Shown: piece by piece, positions 16,726 through 25,055 of the stretch | How positions within the stretch are numbered: position 1 is the first letter of the stretch | How the letters are laid out: every line of letters starts with the position of its first letter | Assembly: GCA_009697455.1 (NCBI GenBank) | Contig: SHUI01000001.1 | Span: forward strand, 2,679-66,678 | Length of the DNA: 64,000 nucleotides | Reading direction: 5' to 3' | Source of the DNA: Bryobacterales bacterium | GTDB taxonomy: Bacteria > Acidobacteriota > Terriglobia > Bryobacterales > Bryobacteraceae | Made by a program: the position numbers and the translations under genes | The notes under the pieces: generated by a model | What the model was told of the DNA's origin: nothing | Seen by the model: only the letters and a program-made list of their open reading frames with translations | Databases searched by the model: none

Positions 16726-17185
16726 GAAGTCTGCGGAGGACTTTGGTAAGAAGTTTGAGGAAAACGTTGGTGAGAAATTTAGGGAAAGGTTTGAAAAAAC
16801 CTTTAGGGGAAGCTTTGGAAAAAGCCTTAAGAAAAACCTGAGGAAGTTTGGAAAGAAGTTTGGAAAAAGGTATTCCCCTCCTCGGACAGGAGGGGTGGCT
16901 GCGCAACCAGAAAAAAGCTGCGAAGCCACCTTTGATAGCGCAGACGGGGTGGTCATAAAGGAAAATTCATTCTGGTCTGAACACCCCGTCTGCGCCCTTC
17001 AAAGGATGCCTTCGGCGCTATCTTCTGATGGCGCATCCACCCCTCCTTTCCAAGGAGGGGAATACCTTTCCTCCAACTTCCTCACCCTTCCCAGTTCCCT
17101 CAACTTCCCCAGTTCCTCCAGCTTCCCCTCCTCCCCCAACCTTCCCAATTCCCTTAACTCCCTCATCTCCCTCAACCATAAATTC
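16726..17185. repeat. Composite ~460-bp imperfect palindrome: purine-rich 12-nt degenerate tandem repeats, copy D, then mirrored pyrimidine-rich repeats
   Basis: The left arm (16726-16870) has about 12 units of RRRNTTTGGRRR (GAAGTTTGAGGA, AAACGTTGGTGA, AGCTTTGGAAAA...). The right arm (17065-17185) has about 10 units that are roughly their reverse complement (TTCCTCCAACTT, CCCCAGTTCCTC...). Confidence 0.7.
16871..17064. repeat. Family-1 nested-palindrome element, copy D
   Basis: TATTCCCCTCCTCGGACAGGAGGGGTGGCTGCGC...GCGCAGACGGGGTGGTC...AACACCCCGTCTGCGC...CCACCCCTCCTTTCCAAGGAGGGGAATA. The right arm is the AAGGATGCCTTCGGC variant. Confidence 0.9.
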
Positions 17186-17689
17186 CGGTCCCAGCGCGGA
17201 CAGGCCGTCGTCGAGATCGCGTTCCAGATTCCGTTGATGATGGCGCTCCTCTTCGGTGGAGTGGGAATCGGGCGCGTCTTCTACACGTACCACTCCCTCC
17301 AGAAGGCCCTCCGCGGCGGCGCCGGCCTCGCGGCCAAATCGATCAACGTCAATTACTGCGACACCTCCGACCTGACCCTGGCCGACGTCCGCAACTTCGT
17401 CGTCTACGGGAACCTGCAGGGGGTGGGCAATCCCGTCGTCCCCGGCCTCACCACGGACATGGTCCAGATCCTCCCCGAGCGCGGCATCCCCGACTCGACC
17501 GGCCTCACCGAGTGCATCTGCACCACCGACGCCGACAGTTGCGACGTCGCCTCCACCGGCCGCGTTCCCGACTTCGTCGTCCTCAACTTCGGCCCGGACG
17601 GCTTCCCGTTACCCGTGCCATTCCCATTCGTCAACCTCGGCACCGTCAACCTGCGCGTCTCCGTGCGCATGCCGGTCACAGGGAGTTGA
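17006..17689 (+). CDS. tadE: TadE-like pseudopilin (start unresolved; possibly element-derived leader or pseudogene)
   Basis: The TadE domain begins at RSQRG/QAVVEIAFQIPLMMALLFGG (~17190). No in-frame ATG, GTG or TTG lies between the repeat element and this motif. The nearest in-frame ATG (17006) is inside copy D. Confidence 0.6.
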   Translation: MPSALSSDGASTPPFQGGEYLSSNFLTLPSSLNFPSSSSFPSSPNLPNSLNSLISLNHKFRSQRGQAVVEIAFQIPLMMALLFGGVGIGRVFYTYHSLQKALRGGAGLAAKSINVNYCDTSDLTLADVRNFVVYGNLQGVGNPVVPGLTTDMVQILPERGIPDSTGLTECICTTDADSCDVASTGRVPDFVVLNFGPDGFPLPVPFPFVNLGTVNLRVSVRMPVTGS

Positions 17690-17690
17690 G

Positions 17691-18206
17691 ATGATGATGA
17701 TGATGAAGAAGAACCGCTCCGGACAGGCAACCGTCGAGATGGCCCTCGCCCTCGTCTTCGTCGTCCTCCCGCTGACGCTCGGCCTGCTCGCCTTCATCGA
17801 GATCGCCTGGACCTATCACGCGCTCACAACCCTCACCCGGCAGGGCGCGCGCTACGCCGCCAACCACTGCTGGCAGGACAGCTCCGGCTCCAACGTCGTC
17901 ACCTGGATGCAGGGCAACTCCCCGTCCTTTCCCGATCGCCAGGAATTGATCAGCGGCGGTATCCAGGTCCAGGTGAACTACTGGCGCCACGATCCCGAAA
18001 CCCACACGAGCGTCGCGTTCGAATGCGGCGGCGGTTGCGATCTCCAATGCGTGCCCGACTCGGTCACCGTCAGCATCACCGGATACTCGTTCAACCATTT
18101 CCTCCCGATGCTCGGCTTCCAGCCGCTCCAGGTCCCGCCGTTCTCCACGACGGTCGAGATGCAGAGCGCGGGAGCCAATCCCGAAACGGCGGTGTCGTTG
18201 CCATGA
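17691..18206 (+). CDS. tadE: TadE-like pseudopilin
   Basis: MMMMMKKNRSG/QATVEMALALVFVVLPLTLGLLAFIEIAW. This is the typical TadE N-terminal processing motif plus a hydrophobic helix. Confidence 0.85.
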   Translation: MMMMMKKNRSGQATVEMALALVFVVLPLTLGLLAFIEIAWTYHALTTLTRQGARYAANHCWQDSSGSNVVTWMQGNSPSFPDRQELISGGIQVQVNYWRHDPETHTSVAFECGGGCDLQCVPDSVTVSITGYSFNHFLPMLGFQPLQVPPFSTTVEMQSAGANPETAVSLP

Positions 18207-19351
18207 TCCAGCTCATCGTCGCCAGCGCCGAACCCCGCTTTCTCGACTTCGTCCGCGAGACGAACGCCGAGGTCATCGGCACGCATGAGGACATGGGTCC
18301 GAATCTCGCACAGCGCATCCTCCACGATGTGAACGCAAGCCCGCAGTCCGCGGTTCTCCTCGATATTTCCCTGGATGTCGAGCAGGGCCTCCGAACACTC
18401 GAACAGATCAAGCAGTCCGGCCCGGATGTCTACGTGATCCTCTCCGATATGAACTGCACCCAGGACTTCCTGCTGCGGTCGATGCGTTCAGGCAGCGCCG
18501 ATTTCCTCCAGCAGCCGCTGAAGCGCGCCGAATTCAGCGAAGCGATGACCCGCGTCGAACAGCACACGCAGCGCGTTCAGCGTCAGGACCGCCAGATCGG
18601 CCGCATGTACAGCTTCGTCGGCGTCAAAGGCGGCGTCGGAACCACCACCGCCGCGTTGAATTTCGCTGCCATCTGCGCGAAGCACGGCAAGTCCACGGTG
18701 CTCGTCGACCTCGACATGGATTCCGGCGACGCGGCCTCCTACCTTGGCCTGCGTCATCAATACTCGCTCGCCGATGTCGTCGACGGTCTCGATCAACTCG
18801 ACCAGGCGATGCTCGAAGGCATCATGGTTCGCGATGCGCTCGGCTTCCAGGTGTTGTGCGCGCCCGAGGAAATCGAGCGATCGCGCCTGATCGGAGAAGA
18901 ACATCTCCGCGAGATCGGCAGCTTCCTCATCGAGCGCTACGACGCCGTCATCGTCGATGGCTCCCGCGCCCTCGACGGCCTGCTGCTGAGTTGTCTTGAA
19001 TTATCGGAGTCGATCTTCGTGGTGCTGACCGAAGAGTTTCCCGCGGTCCGCAACGCGCAACATTACTTGAGCGCGCTCGCCCGCGCCGGTTACGGAATGG
19101 AAGCGGTGAAGCTGGTGGTGAACCGTCATGAGAAGAAAGGTTCGCTCCACGTGAGTCTCGAGCAGCTGAAGCAGACGCTCGGCGCCTCGCCTTTCTGGGT
19201 TCTACCCAACAAGTACGAAGAAGCAATGACCGCGGTGCACGAAGCCCGCCCGGTCGTGATGAAGGGCAACGCCGAACTGGGCCGCTCCTATCGGGATTTT
19301 GCGAAGAAGCTTGGCATGAACGGCCAGCCGCCCTCGCCCGGGAAGAAGTAG
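18203..19351 (+). CDS. cpaE: CpaE/TadZ: receiver-like N-domain plus MinD/ParA-type ATPase
   Basis: The start MIQLIVAS overlaps the tadE stop (ATGA). The deviant Walker A is VGVKGGVGTTTAALNFA. The position before cpaF fits the Tad locus. Confidence 0.85.
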   Translation: MIQLIVASAEPRFLDFVRETNAEVIGTHEDMGPNLAQRILHDVNASPQSAVLLDISLDVEQGLRTLEQIKQSGPDVYVILSDMNCTQDFLLRSMRSGSADFLQQPLKRAEFSEAMTRVEQHTQRVQRQDRQIGRMYSFVGVKGGVGTTTAALNFAAICAKHGKSTVLVDLDMDSGDAASYLGLRHQYSLADVVDGLDQLDQAMLEGIMVRDALGFQVLCAPEEIERSRLIGEEHLREIGSFLIERYDAVIVDGSRALDGLLLSCLELSESIFVVLTEEFPAVRNAQHYLSALARAGYGMEAVKLVVNRHEKKGSLHVSLEQLKQTLGASPFWVLPNKYEEAMTAVHEARPVVMKGNAELGRSYRDFAKKLGMNGQPPSPGKK

Positions 19352-19383
19352 GCGCGGACTTTACTTTGGTGTGGAGTGATTGT

Positions 19384-19583
19384 TGTATTGAGTTCCCCTC
19401 CTGGGACAGGAGGGGTGGCTGCGCAACCAGGAAAAAGCGGCGAAGCCACCTTTGATAGCGCAGACGGGGTGGTCATTCTGAAAAAATATTTCCAGAATGA
19501 CCACCCCGTCTGCTCCAGCTTCGGAGGCTTCGCAGCTTTTGCTTGATCGTCGCATCCACCCCTCCTGTCCCAGGAGGGGAATA
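19384..19583. repeat. Family-1 nested-palindrome element, copy E
   Basis: Symmetric arms and a palindromic central loop (CATTCTGAAAAAATATTTCCAGAATG). The right end AGGAGGGGAATAT runs directly into the cpaF ATG at 19585. Confidence 0.9.
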
Positions 19584-19584
19584 T

Positions 19585-20868
19585 ATGGGGATTATGGCAT
19601 TTGTACCAACAATCCGGGCTGCGGCTTCTCACTCGGACCTCAAGACCAAGGTCCACCGCAGGCTGCTGCAGTCGCTGAACAGCGATACGCTGCGCCTTAT
19701 CAGCAAGGAGCGCCTCCGCGGCGAAATCGGCCAGGCCGTCGAGAAACTCCTCCTCCAGGAAAACATCCCGATGACGCTCCCCGAGCGGGATCGCATTATC
19801 GAAGAAATTCTGGATGAGGTCTTCGGCTTCGGACCCCTCGAGCCCCTGATGAAGGACCCCACCATCACCGACATCCTCGTCAACAACTACAGCAAGGTCT
19901 ACATCGAACGCCGCGGCGTCCTTCGCCGCGCCGACATCCAATTCAAGGACAACAAGCACCTCCTCCACATCATCGAGAAAATGGTCACCGCCGTCGGCCG
20001 CCGCATCGACGAAGCCAATCCCATCGTCGCCGCCCGCCTCGCCGACGGCTCGCGCGTCACCGCCGCGATCCCCCCGGTCACGCTCGACGGGCCCGCGTTA
20101 TCCATACGCAGGTTTGGAGGACGCGTCCTCAGTAATGACGAGCTCCTCGCCAACGACACGCTCACCCCGGCCATGCTCCAACTCCTCGACGGCTGCGTTC
20201 GCGCCCGCCTGAACATGGTGATCTCCGGCGGCAGCGGCAGCGGCAAGACGACATTACTCAACGCCCTCTCCCGCTTCATCCCCGAGACCGAGCGCATCGT
20301 CACGATTGAAGACATCGCCGAGTTGATGCTCCAGCAGCGCCACGTCGTCCGTCTCGAAACCCGCGAAGCCAGCATCGAAGGCCAGGGTGCCGTCACCCCT
20401 CGCGACCTCATGATCAACTCCCTCCGCATGCGTCCCGACCGCATCATCGTCGGCGAGGCGCGCGGCCCTGAAGCGCTCGACATGCTCCAGGCCATGAACA
20501 CCGGTCACGACGGCTCCATGACCACCATGCACGCCAACTCGCCTTCAGATTGTTTTCATCGGATTCAGACCATGGTACTTATGGCCAACGTCGGCCTGAC
20601 CGAGCCGGTGATCCGTCAACAAGCCGCCTCCGCCATTCAGGTTGTCGTCCAGATGTCCCGCCTTCGCGACGGCACCCGCAAGGTCACCAGCATCGCGGAG
20701 GTCATCGGCTTCAATGACAAAGGCGTCGAGATCGGAGAAATTTTCCGTTACGAACGCACCGGCACGGACGCCTCCGGCCGCGTGGAGGGACGATTCGCCG
20801 CCACCGGCTATCGCCCCCAGTTCATGGATCGCCTGAAAGCCCGCGGCATCGAATTTCCCGAACTATGA
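19585..20868 (+). CDS. cpaF: CpaF/TadA Tad secretion ATPase
   Basis: Walker A GGSGSGKTT, plus VTIEDIAEL and RPDRIIVGEARGPEALDMLQAMNTGHDGS. The ORF track extends to 19543, but that part is repeat element. ATG 19585 has the SD AGGAGGGG 5 nt upstream. Confidence 0.9.
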   Translation: MGIMAFVPTIRAAASHSDLKTKVHRRLLQSLNSDTLRLISKERLRGEIGQAVEKLLLQENIPMTLPERDRIIEEILDEVFGFGPLEPLMKDPTITDILVNNYSKVYIERRGVLRRADIQFKDNKHLLHIIEKMVTAVGRRIDEANPIVAARLADGSRVTAAIPPVTLDGPALSIRRFGGRVLSNDELLANDTLTPAMLQLLDGCVRARLNMVISGGSGSGKTTLLNALSRFIPETERIVTIEDIAELMLQQRHVVRLETREASIEGQGAVTPRDLMINSLRMRPDRIIVGEARGPEALDMLQAMNTGHDGSMTTMHANSPSDCFHRIQTMVLMANVGLTEPVIRQQAASAIQVVVQMSRLRDGTRKVTSIAEVIGFNDKGVEIGEIFRYERTGTDASGRVEGRFAATGYRPQFMDRLKARGIEFPEL

Positions 20869-21806
20869 CGACGTTTCTCACCATGTTGATCTTCACCGCC
20901 GCCTTCGCGGCCGCGGCGGAGTTTGCCGTGTGGGGACCCCAGCGCCGCATCCGCTCTGAAATCGGCAACCGCCTCCGCGGCCTCCGCGTCGCAACCGGTC
21001 CACGAGCCGGCTCACTACTTCGCCAGCAGCATCAATTCGGCGTTTCCCGTCTGCAAATAATCAAAGGTCTCCAGGCCATCATCGACCAGGCCCGTCTCAC
21101 GTACCGCGCCGGAAATGTCCTGACATTCAGCGCGCTGCTTCTCGCCGGCAGCTACCTCGCGGCGGACATCCTCCAGCTCTTCCCCTTCTTCATCCTTAAA
21201 CTCTTCTTCGCAGCCGGCTGCTCCCTCCTGCCTTACTTCTACATCCGGACCAGGCGCAACAGCCGCATGCGCCAGATCGAGGAGGTGCTTCCCGACGCGA
21301 TCGACCTCTTTACGCGCGCCATGCGCGCCGGCCACAACATTCATAGCGGCCTGTCGGTCCTCGCCGAAGAAACCCCCGAACCGCTCGGCGGTGAATTCAA
21401 GAAACTCGTTGAGGATCTCGCCCTCGGCTCCCAAGTCTCCGAAGCCCTGCACAGCCTCGGCGACCGCGTCCCGATCCTGGACCTTCGCTTCTTCTCCACC
21501 GGCGTGATCCTGCAGCGCGAAACCGGCGCCAACATCGTCACCGTGATGGAGAACCTGTCGGCGGTGATCCGCGAGCGCCTGCAACTGCGCGCAAAACTCC
21601 GCGCCCACACGGCGCAGCAGCGCTTTTCGGCCGCGCTGCTCTGCGGACTGCCCGTCGTGAGCGGCATCGCGTTCTACTTCCTGCGCTACGAATACATCTC
21701 GGTGCTCTGGCTGACGCCGCTCGGCTCGCGCTTCCTTATTTATGGAATCATTTCCGAAATTCTCGGCATCGTGGTCGTCCGCAAGGTTGCATCGGTGAGG
21801 CTCTGA
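20865..21806 (+). CDS. tadB: TadB (T2SS-F domain inner-membrane platform protein)
   Basis: 313 aa with TM helices flanking a cytoplasmic T2SSF-type domain (LPDAIDLFTRAMRAGHNIHSGL). The ATGA overlaps cpaF. Confidence 0.9.
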   Translation: MTTFLTMLIFTAAFAAAAEFAVWGPQRRIRSEIGNRLRGLRVATGPRAGSLLRQQHQFGVSRLQIIKGLQAIIDQARLTYRAGNVLTFSALLLAGSYLAADILQLFPFFILKLFFAAGCSLLPYFYIRTRRNSRMRQIEEVLPDAIDLFTRAMRAGHNIHSGLSVLAEETPEPLGGEFKKLVEDLALGSQVSEALHSLGDRVPILDLRFFSTGVILQRETGANIVTVMENLSAVIRERLQLRAKLRAHTAQQRFSAALLCGLPVVSGIAFYFLRYEYISVLWLTPLGSRFLIYGIISEILGIVVVRKVASVRL

Positions 21807-21807
21807 T

Positions 21808-22731
21808 ATGCCGCTGAGTTTTCCCATAATGTTTCTCCTCATCACGCTCGCCGGCGCCACGTTGCTGGTCGCCGGGGTGAGCTACTACCTCCGCACGCGG
21901 CAGAACGCCCTGAGCCGCCGCATCGAGGAACTCCAGGAGCAATCCATGACCGGCAGCGGGCTCGTGCTGCTCGGCGGCGACTTCTGGGACACGCTGCTCC
22001 GGGCCACGTACGGCACGATCCTGGGAAAAAGTTGGTTCCGGCAAAAAGAGGTGGAGTTGATGCGTGCCGGATTCCGCGGCCCCCGCGTCGTGAAGATTTA
22101 TGGAGTCGCGTCGCTGGTGTTTACCGTGACCCTGCTCGCCGCCGCCGTGATCGCGCTCCAGGGCCAGGACCTGTCGATGTGGCTGCTCGGGTTGGCCGGA
22201 GCGCTGGTGCTCGGCTACTTCATTCCCGAGCAGGTGCTGACCTCGCTGCGGAGCCGGCACCGGCTGAGCCTGATGGCCGCCCTTCCGGACACCACGGATA
22301 TGCTGAGCATCGTATTGGGCGCCGGCCTGTCGCTGGACCAGGCGATCGCGCGCGTCGGCGAAGAGATCCGCTTTGTGTATCCGGAACTGGCGGATGAGTT
22401 CTACTGGATGACGCTGGAGGTCCAGGCCGGCCAGCAGCGCGCCGTGGCGTTTCAGCATATGGCCCAGCGCACTGGGTTGACGGATATCCGTTCCCTCGCG
22501 AGCATGATTGTTCAAGCCGAACGCTTCGGCACGGGCCTCTCGCAGGCCCTGCGCATTTACGCGGATTCGGTCCGCATGAAGCGCCGCCTCGAAATCGAAG
22601 CGAGCATCAACAAAGCCGCCGTGAAAATGGTTTTCCCGATTGTGCTGTTTATCCTGCCCGCGCTGTTTATTGTGATCCTCGCGCCGGGTATACTGTCTAT
22701 CCTTCGCGACCTCGCAGGGTTAGGACAATGA
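21808..22731 (+). CDS. tadC: TadC (T2SS-F domain inner-membrane platform protein)
   Basis: 307 aa paralogous in architecture to TadB (LPDTTDMLSIVLGAGLSLDQAI). It starts 2 nt after the tadB stop. Confidence 0.9.
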   Translation: MPLSFPIMFLLITLAGATLLVAGVSYYLRTRQNALSRRIEELQEQSMTGSGLVLLGGDFWDTLLRATYGTILGKSWFRQKEVELMRAGFRGPRVVKIYGVASLVFTVTLLAAAVIALQGQDLSMWLLGLAGALVLGYFIPEQVLTSLRSRHRLSLMAALPDTTDMLSIVLGAGLSLDQAIARVGEEIRFVYPELADEFYWMTLEVQAGQQRAVAFQHMAQRTGLTDIRSLASMIVQAERFGTGLSQALRIYADSVRMKRRLEIEASINKAAVKMVFPIVLFILPALFIVILAPGILSILRDLAGLGQ

Positions 22732-22768
22732 GATTTACAGTAAGAAAGATAAAGATAGGAGGACGTTT

Positions 22769-22927
22769 ATGCTTTTCGCTCTATGGCTGCTTCAGGAAGC
22801 CCCCGAAATCCCCGCCGCCGACAACACCAACACCGTTCGCATTATCGCCGGCGTGCTCGCACTGGTGTGCGTGGTCGTAATTGTCATGCGCCGGAAGAAG
22901 AAGGCCTCTAAAGAGGACTGGTCCTAG
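22769..22927 (+). CDS. Small single-pass membrane protein (52 aa), unannotated in ORF track
   Basis: MLFALWLLQEAPEIPAADNTNTVRIIAGVLALVCVVVIVMRRKKKASKEDWS*. A strong SD AGGAGGA lies 5 nt upstream of the ATG. One TM helix is followed by a basic tail. It is the last ORF of the tad operon. Confidence 0.45.
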   Translation: MLFALWLLQEAPEIPAADNTNTVRIIAGVLALVCVVVIVMRRKKKASKEDWS

Positions 22928-23122
22928 CGTCACTCTCTTAACAAATCGCCTGAACGAGAAAATTTCCGCGATCAGGATCAACGCTACCGCAGCGAGTGAC
23001 AAACGCATGTTGCCGACCGTCGACCACCCGCGACTTTTTCACCAATTTCGCTGCCTTCGCAATCAAGCAAGTAGTCGCGGGCTTTTAGCCCGCGTTCGGA
23101 CAGAATCGGTGAGAAATGCCGG

Positions 23123-23476
23123 CTAATGGAGGTCCAGCGATATTTTAAGCGCCTCTTCTATTTCTTCCATGGTGGTTTCCGAAACAGTTCCTCGCTTTTT
23201 TTTGATCCTGCTCTTATCGATCGTGACGATCTGCGCACACAGTGCGGCGCTATCAAGCGCGAGTCCGCCTTCGCCGGCATCAACTTTTACCAGCGTTGGA
23301 TACATCTTTTTCACATTCTTCAGGTCAGTGAATGGAACCACAATCGTGGTTGGCGCATACTGATTTCCGACGTCGTTTTGAACGATCAGACAGGGCCTCG
23401 TGCCCTTTTGTTCCGAACCCACACGAGGATCCAAAATAACGTCCACTACGTCGCGTCGAAGATAAACCGCAGTCAA
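23123..23476 (-). CDS. mazF: MazF/PemK-family type II toxin (mRNA interferase)
   Basis: 117 aa: RRDVVDVILDPRVGSEQKGTRPCLIVQNDVGNQYAPTTIVVPFT. This is the typical PemK/MazF core. Confidence 0.9.
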   Translation of the reverse strand: MTAVYLRRDVVDVILDPRVGSEQKGTRPCLIVQNDVGNQYAPTTIVVPFTDLKNVKKMYPTLVKVDAGEGGLALDSAALCAQIVTIDKSRIKKKRGTVSETTMEEIEEALKISLDLH

Positions 23477-23481
23477 TTGAT

Positions 23482-23757
23482 TTAGTTCTCCCGCTCATCG
23501 TGATTTAGCGCGTCGGTGACCACATCTTCAAACGCGGCAGATGTTTTCATCAGTAGATCCGCGTTGGCCAGGTATCCTTCTCGAAGGGTAGCTTCCAATT
23601 GTTCGCGCTCGAGCCGTTCTACTTTTTCTTCAAGAGCAGCTCTAATCAACTTGCTCCGGTCCGTATGGAGAGAGTCTGCCAATGCTTCGGCCCGCTCAAG
23701 CAAAGTCGCAGGAAACTGAACAATTACCTTTTTGGTTGGGGTGCGGACCAGTCTCAT
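23482..23757 (-). CDS. Ribbon-helix-helix (CopG/MazE-like) antitoxin
   Basis: MRLVRTPTKKVIVQFPATLLERAEALADSLHTDRSKLIRAALEE is an RHH motif. It ends 6 nt upstream of mazF. The start could also be at 23784 or 23820. Confidence 0.7.
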   Translation of the reverse strand: MRLVRTPTKKVIVQFPATLLERAEALADSLHTDRSKLIRAALEEKVERLEREQLEATLREGYLANADLLMKTSAAFEDVVTDALNHDEREN

Positions 23758-23903
23758 CTTTCCTTCCCGTGCTCTTCTCATCATGGATAAAATGTATGGC
23801 TCATGAAGATATATCGTCAAGCTATATAATCTGGACGATTGCTTCTCAAATGTCGGCGATTTGACGATTACAAAACATCCTGCTTAAAAGGCATGTACCC
23901 TAT

Positions 23904-24206
23904 ATGGTACATTCCGATGACCGAAAGCGAATCGGAGAGGATATCAAGACGGTCGAATTCGGTTGGCCGATTGGAATGCCAGTTTGCCGTTCGCTGGGCA
24001 AGGGCCTTTATGAAGTACGTACTTACCTGATGAACAATCGGATTGCACGAGTTCTGTTCTATATCGATCGAAAGAATCGCATGGTTCTGTTGCACGGTTT
24101 CATCAAGAAAATCCGGAAGATTCCTGCTTTGGATTTGGGACTCGCTCAGAGAAACAAGGAAAAGTACGAAAGAGGACTAAATGAAAACACGAAGAAGGAT
24201 CCTTAA
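23904..24206 (+). CDS. higB: RelE/ParE-superfamily toxin, Gp49/HigB-like
   Basis: GLYEVRTYLMNNRIARVLFYIDRKNRMVLLHGFIKKIRKIP matches the Gp49-like (PF05973-type) core as I remember it. It is followed by an overlapping HTH gene. Confidence 0.75.
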   Translation: MVHSDDRKRIGEDIKTVEFGWPIGMPVCRSLGKGLYEVRTYLMNNRIARVLFYIDRKNRMVLLHGFIKKIRKIPALDLGLAQRNKEKYERGLNENTKKDP

Positions 24207-24516
24207 GCGTACGGACCACAGCGGATCGACCTTCGACAGCTTCCTTGAAGAACAGGAAATTCGTGAGGACGTAGAAGCTGTGGCGACAAAGCGAGTGCTC
24301 GCGTGGCAGCTGGAGCAGGAAATGAAGAGACAGCAGAAAACGAAACAGGCGATGGCCCTGGAGCTTCACACGAGCCGGTCACAGCTGGACCGGCTGCTGG
24401 ATCCGCAAAATACCGCCGTTTCTCTTGAAACGATCAGCCGCGCCGCCAGGGTTCTCGGAAAGAGGTTGATTCTCCGAATTGCCAGTCCAGGGACGACGCG
24501 CAGCGTTAAGAATTAA
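24181..24516 (+). CDS. higA: XRE-type HTH antitoxin (HigA-like)
   Basis: 111 aa. The segment KTKQAMALELHTSRSQLDRLLDPQN is an HTH. It overlaps the toxin gene by 26 nt, the toxin-first order typical of higBA. Confidence 0.75.
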   Translation: MKTRRRILKRTDHSGSTFDSFLEEQEIREDVEAVATKRVLAWQLEQEMKRQQKTKQAMALELHTSRSQLDRLLDPQNTAVSLETISRAARVLGKRLILRIASPGTTRSVKN

Positions 24517-24594
24517 TCCGGAAGGGCGAAATCCGCGTTTGGTGAAGCCATTTCTCCGAGGGGCGCAGTCCCGCATGGAGCGAGTGATCGACTC

Positions 24595-24882
24595 TCACGT
24601 CTTACGTGTCGACAACCAGCGTTCCAGTGATTTCCGGCTTTCTCCGCTTCGGCGTCCTGCAAGAAGGCCTTCCACGCCGACGTGTTCGTCAAGATCGGGC
24701 CATTCGATCGCGTAGCCGTTGCCAAGAAGAGTCCAATTCTGCCGTTCTTTGCGCCCGGCGTGTGCGAGACGTGGATACCATGCGAGGGGGACCACAAGAG
24801 TCCGGCCATCCACGAGATCGACAATCAGTTTCTCGTCGCGGATTGCGACTTTGAGCGCAGCCGGATCATTTTTGAGCGTCAA
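24595..24882 (-). CDS. DUF2442 domain protein
   Basis: LIVDLVDGRTLVVPLAWYPRLAHAGRKERQNWTLLGNGYAIEWPDLDEHVGVEGLL is the DUF2442 signature. The start codon is TTG. Confidence 0.85.
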   Translation of the reverse strand: MTLKNDPAALKVAIRDEKLIVDLVDGRTLVVPLAWYPRLAHAGRKERQNWTLLGNGYAIEWPDLDEHVGVEGLLAGRRSGESRKSLERWLSTRKT

Positions 24883-25055
24883 AAATAGTCATGCCAAGCC
24901 TCAATGAGGACTACCTCGTATTGCACCACGAGACGAGCAATGCGGTCCAGTTCATGCTGTCTAAAACCTTTGTTCTTTGCCAGCGACACGGGCTCGAGCC
25001 AGAATTTTGCGATCTGCCGATCGCGGGTCACGTGAATATGGACCGGTTCATCCCG
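24879..25055 (-). pseudogene. DUF4160-family gene remnant (N-terminus lost or frameshifted)
   Basis: The minus-strand frame gives ...DEPVHIHVTRDRQIAKFWLEPVSLAKNKGFRQHELDRIARLVVQYEVVLIEAWHDYF*. Its stop overlaps the DUF2442 TTG start (TTGA). There is no in-frame start, and the expected N-terminal GPxxF segment is in another frame. Confidence 0.5.

Noticed and set aside
16670-17005. Lys/Phe-rich open frame (KKFEENVGEKFRERFEKTFRGSFGKSLKKNLRKFGKKFGKR) upstream of tadE
   Set aside because: The periodic peptide comes from the 12-nt purine-rich DNA repeat, and the frame then runs through the repeat element. No SD or start is evident apart from an ATG overlapping the tadG end. I cannot fully exclude translation.
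21015-22515. Minus-strand ORFs 21015-21860 and 21748-22515 opposite tadB/tadC
   Set aside because: They are antisense shadows of T2SS-F domain genes.
23073-23095. GCGGGCTTTTAGCCCGC hairpin as terminator for the tad operon or mazF
   Set aside because: The stem is short and no T-tract follows on either strand. That is not enough to call a terminator.
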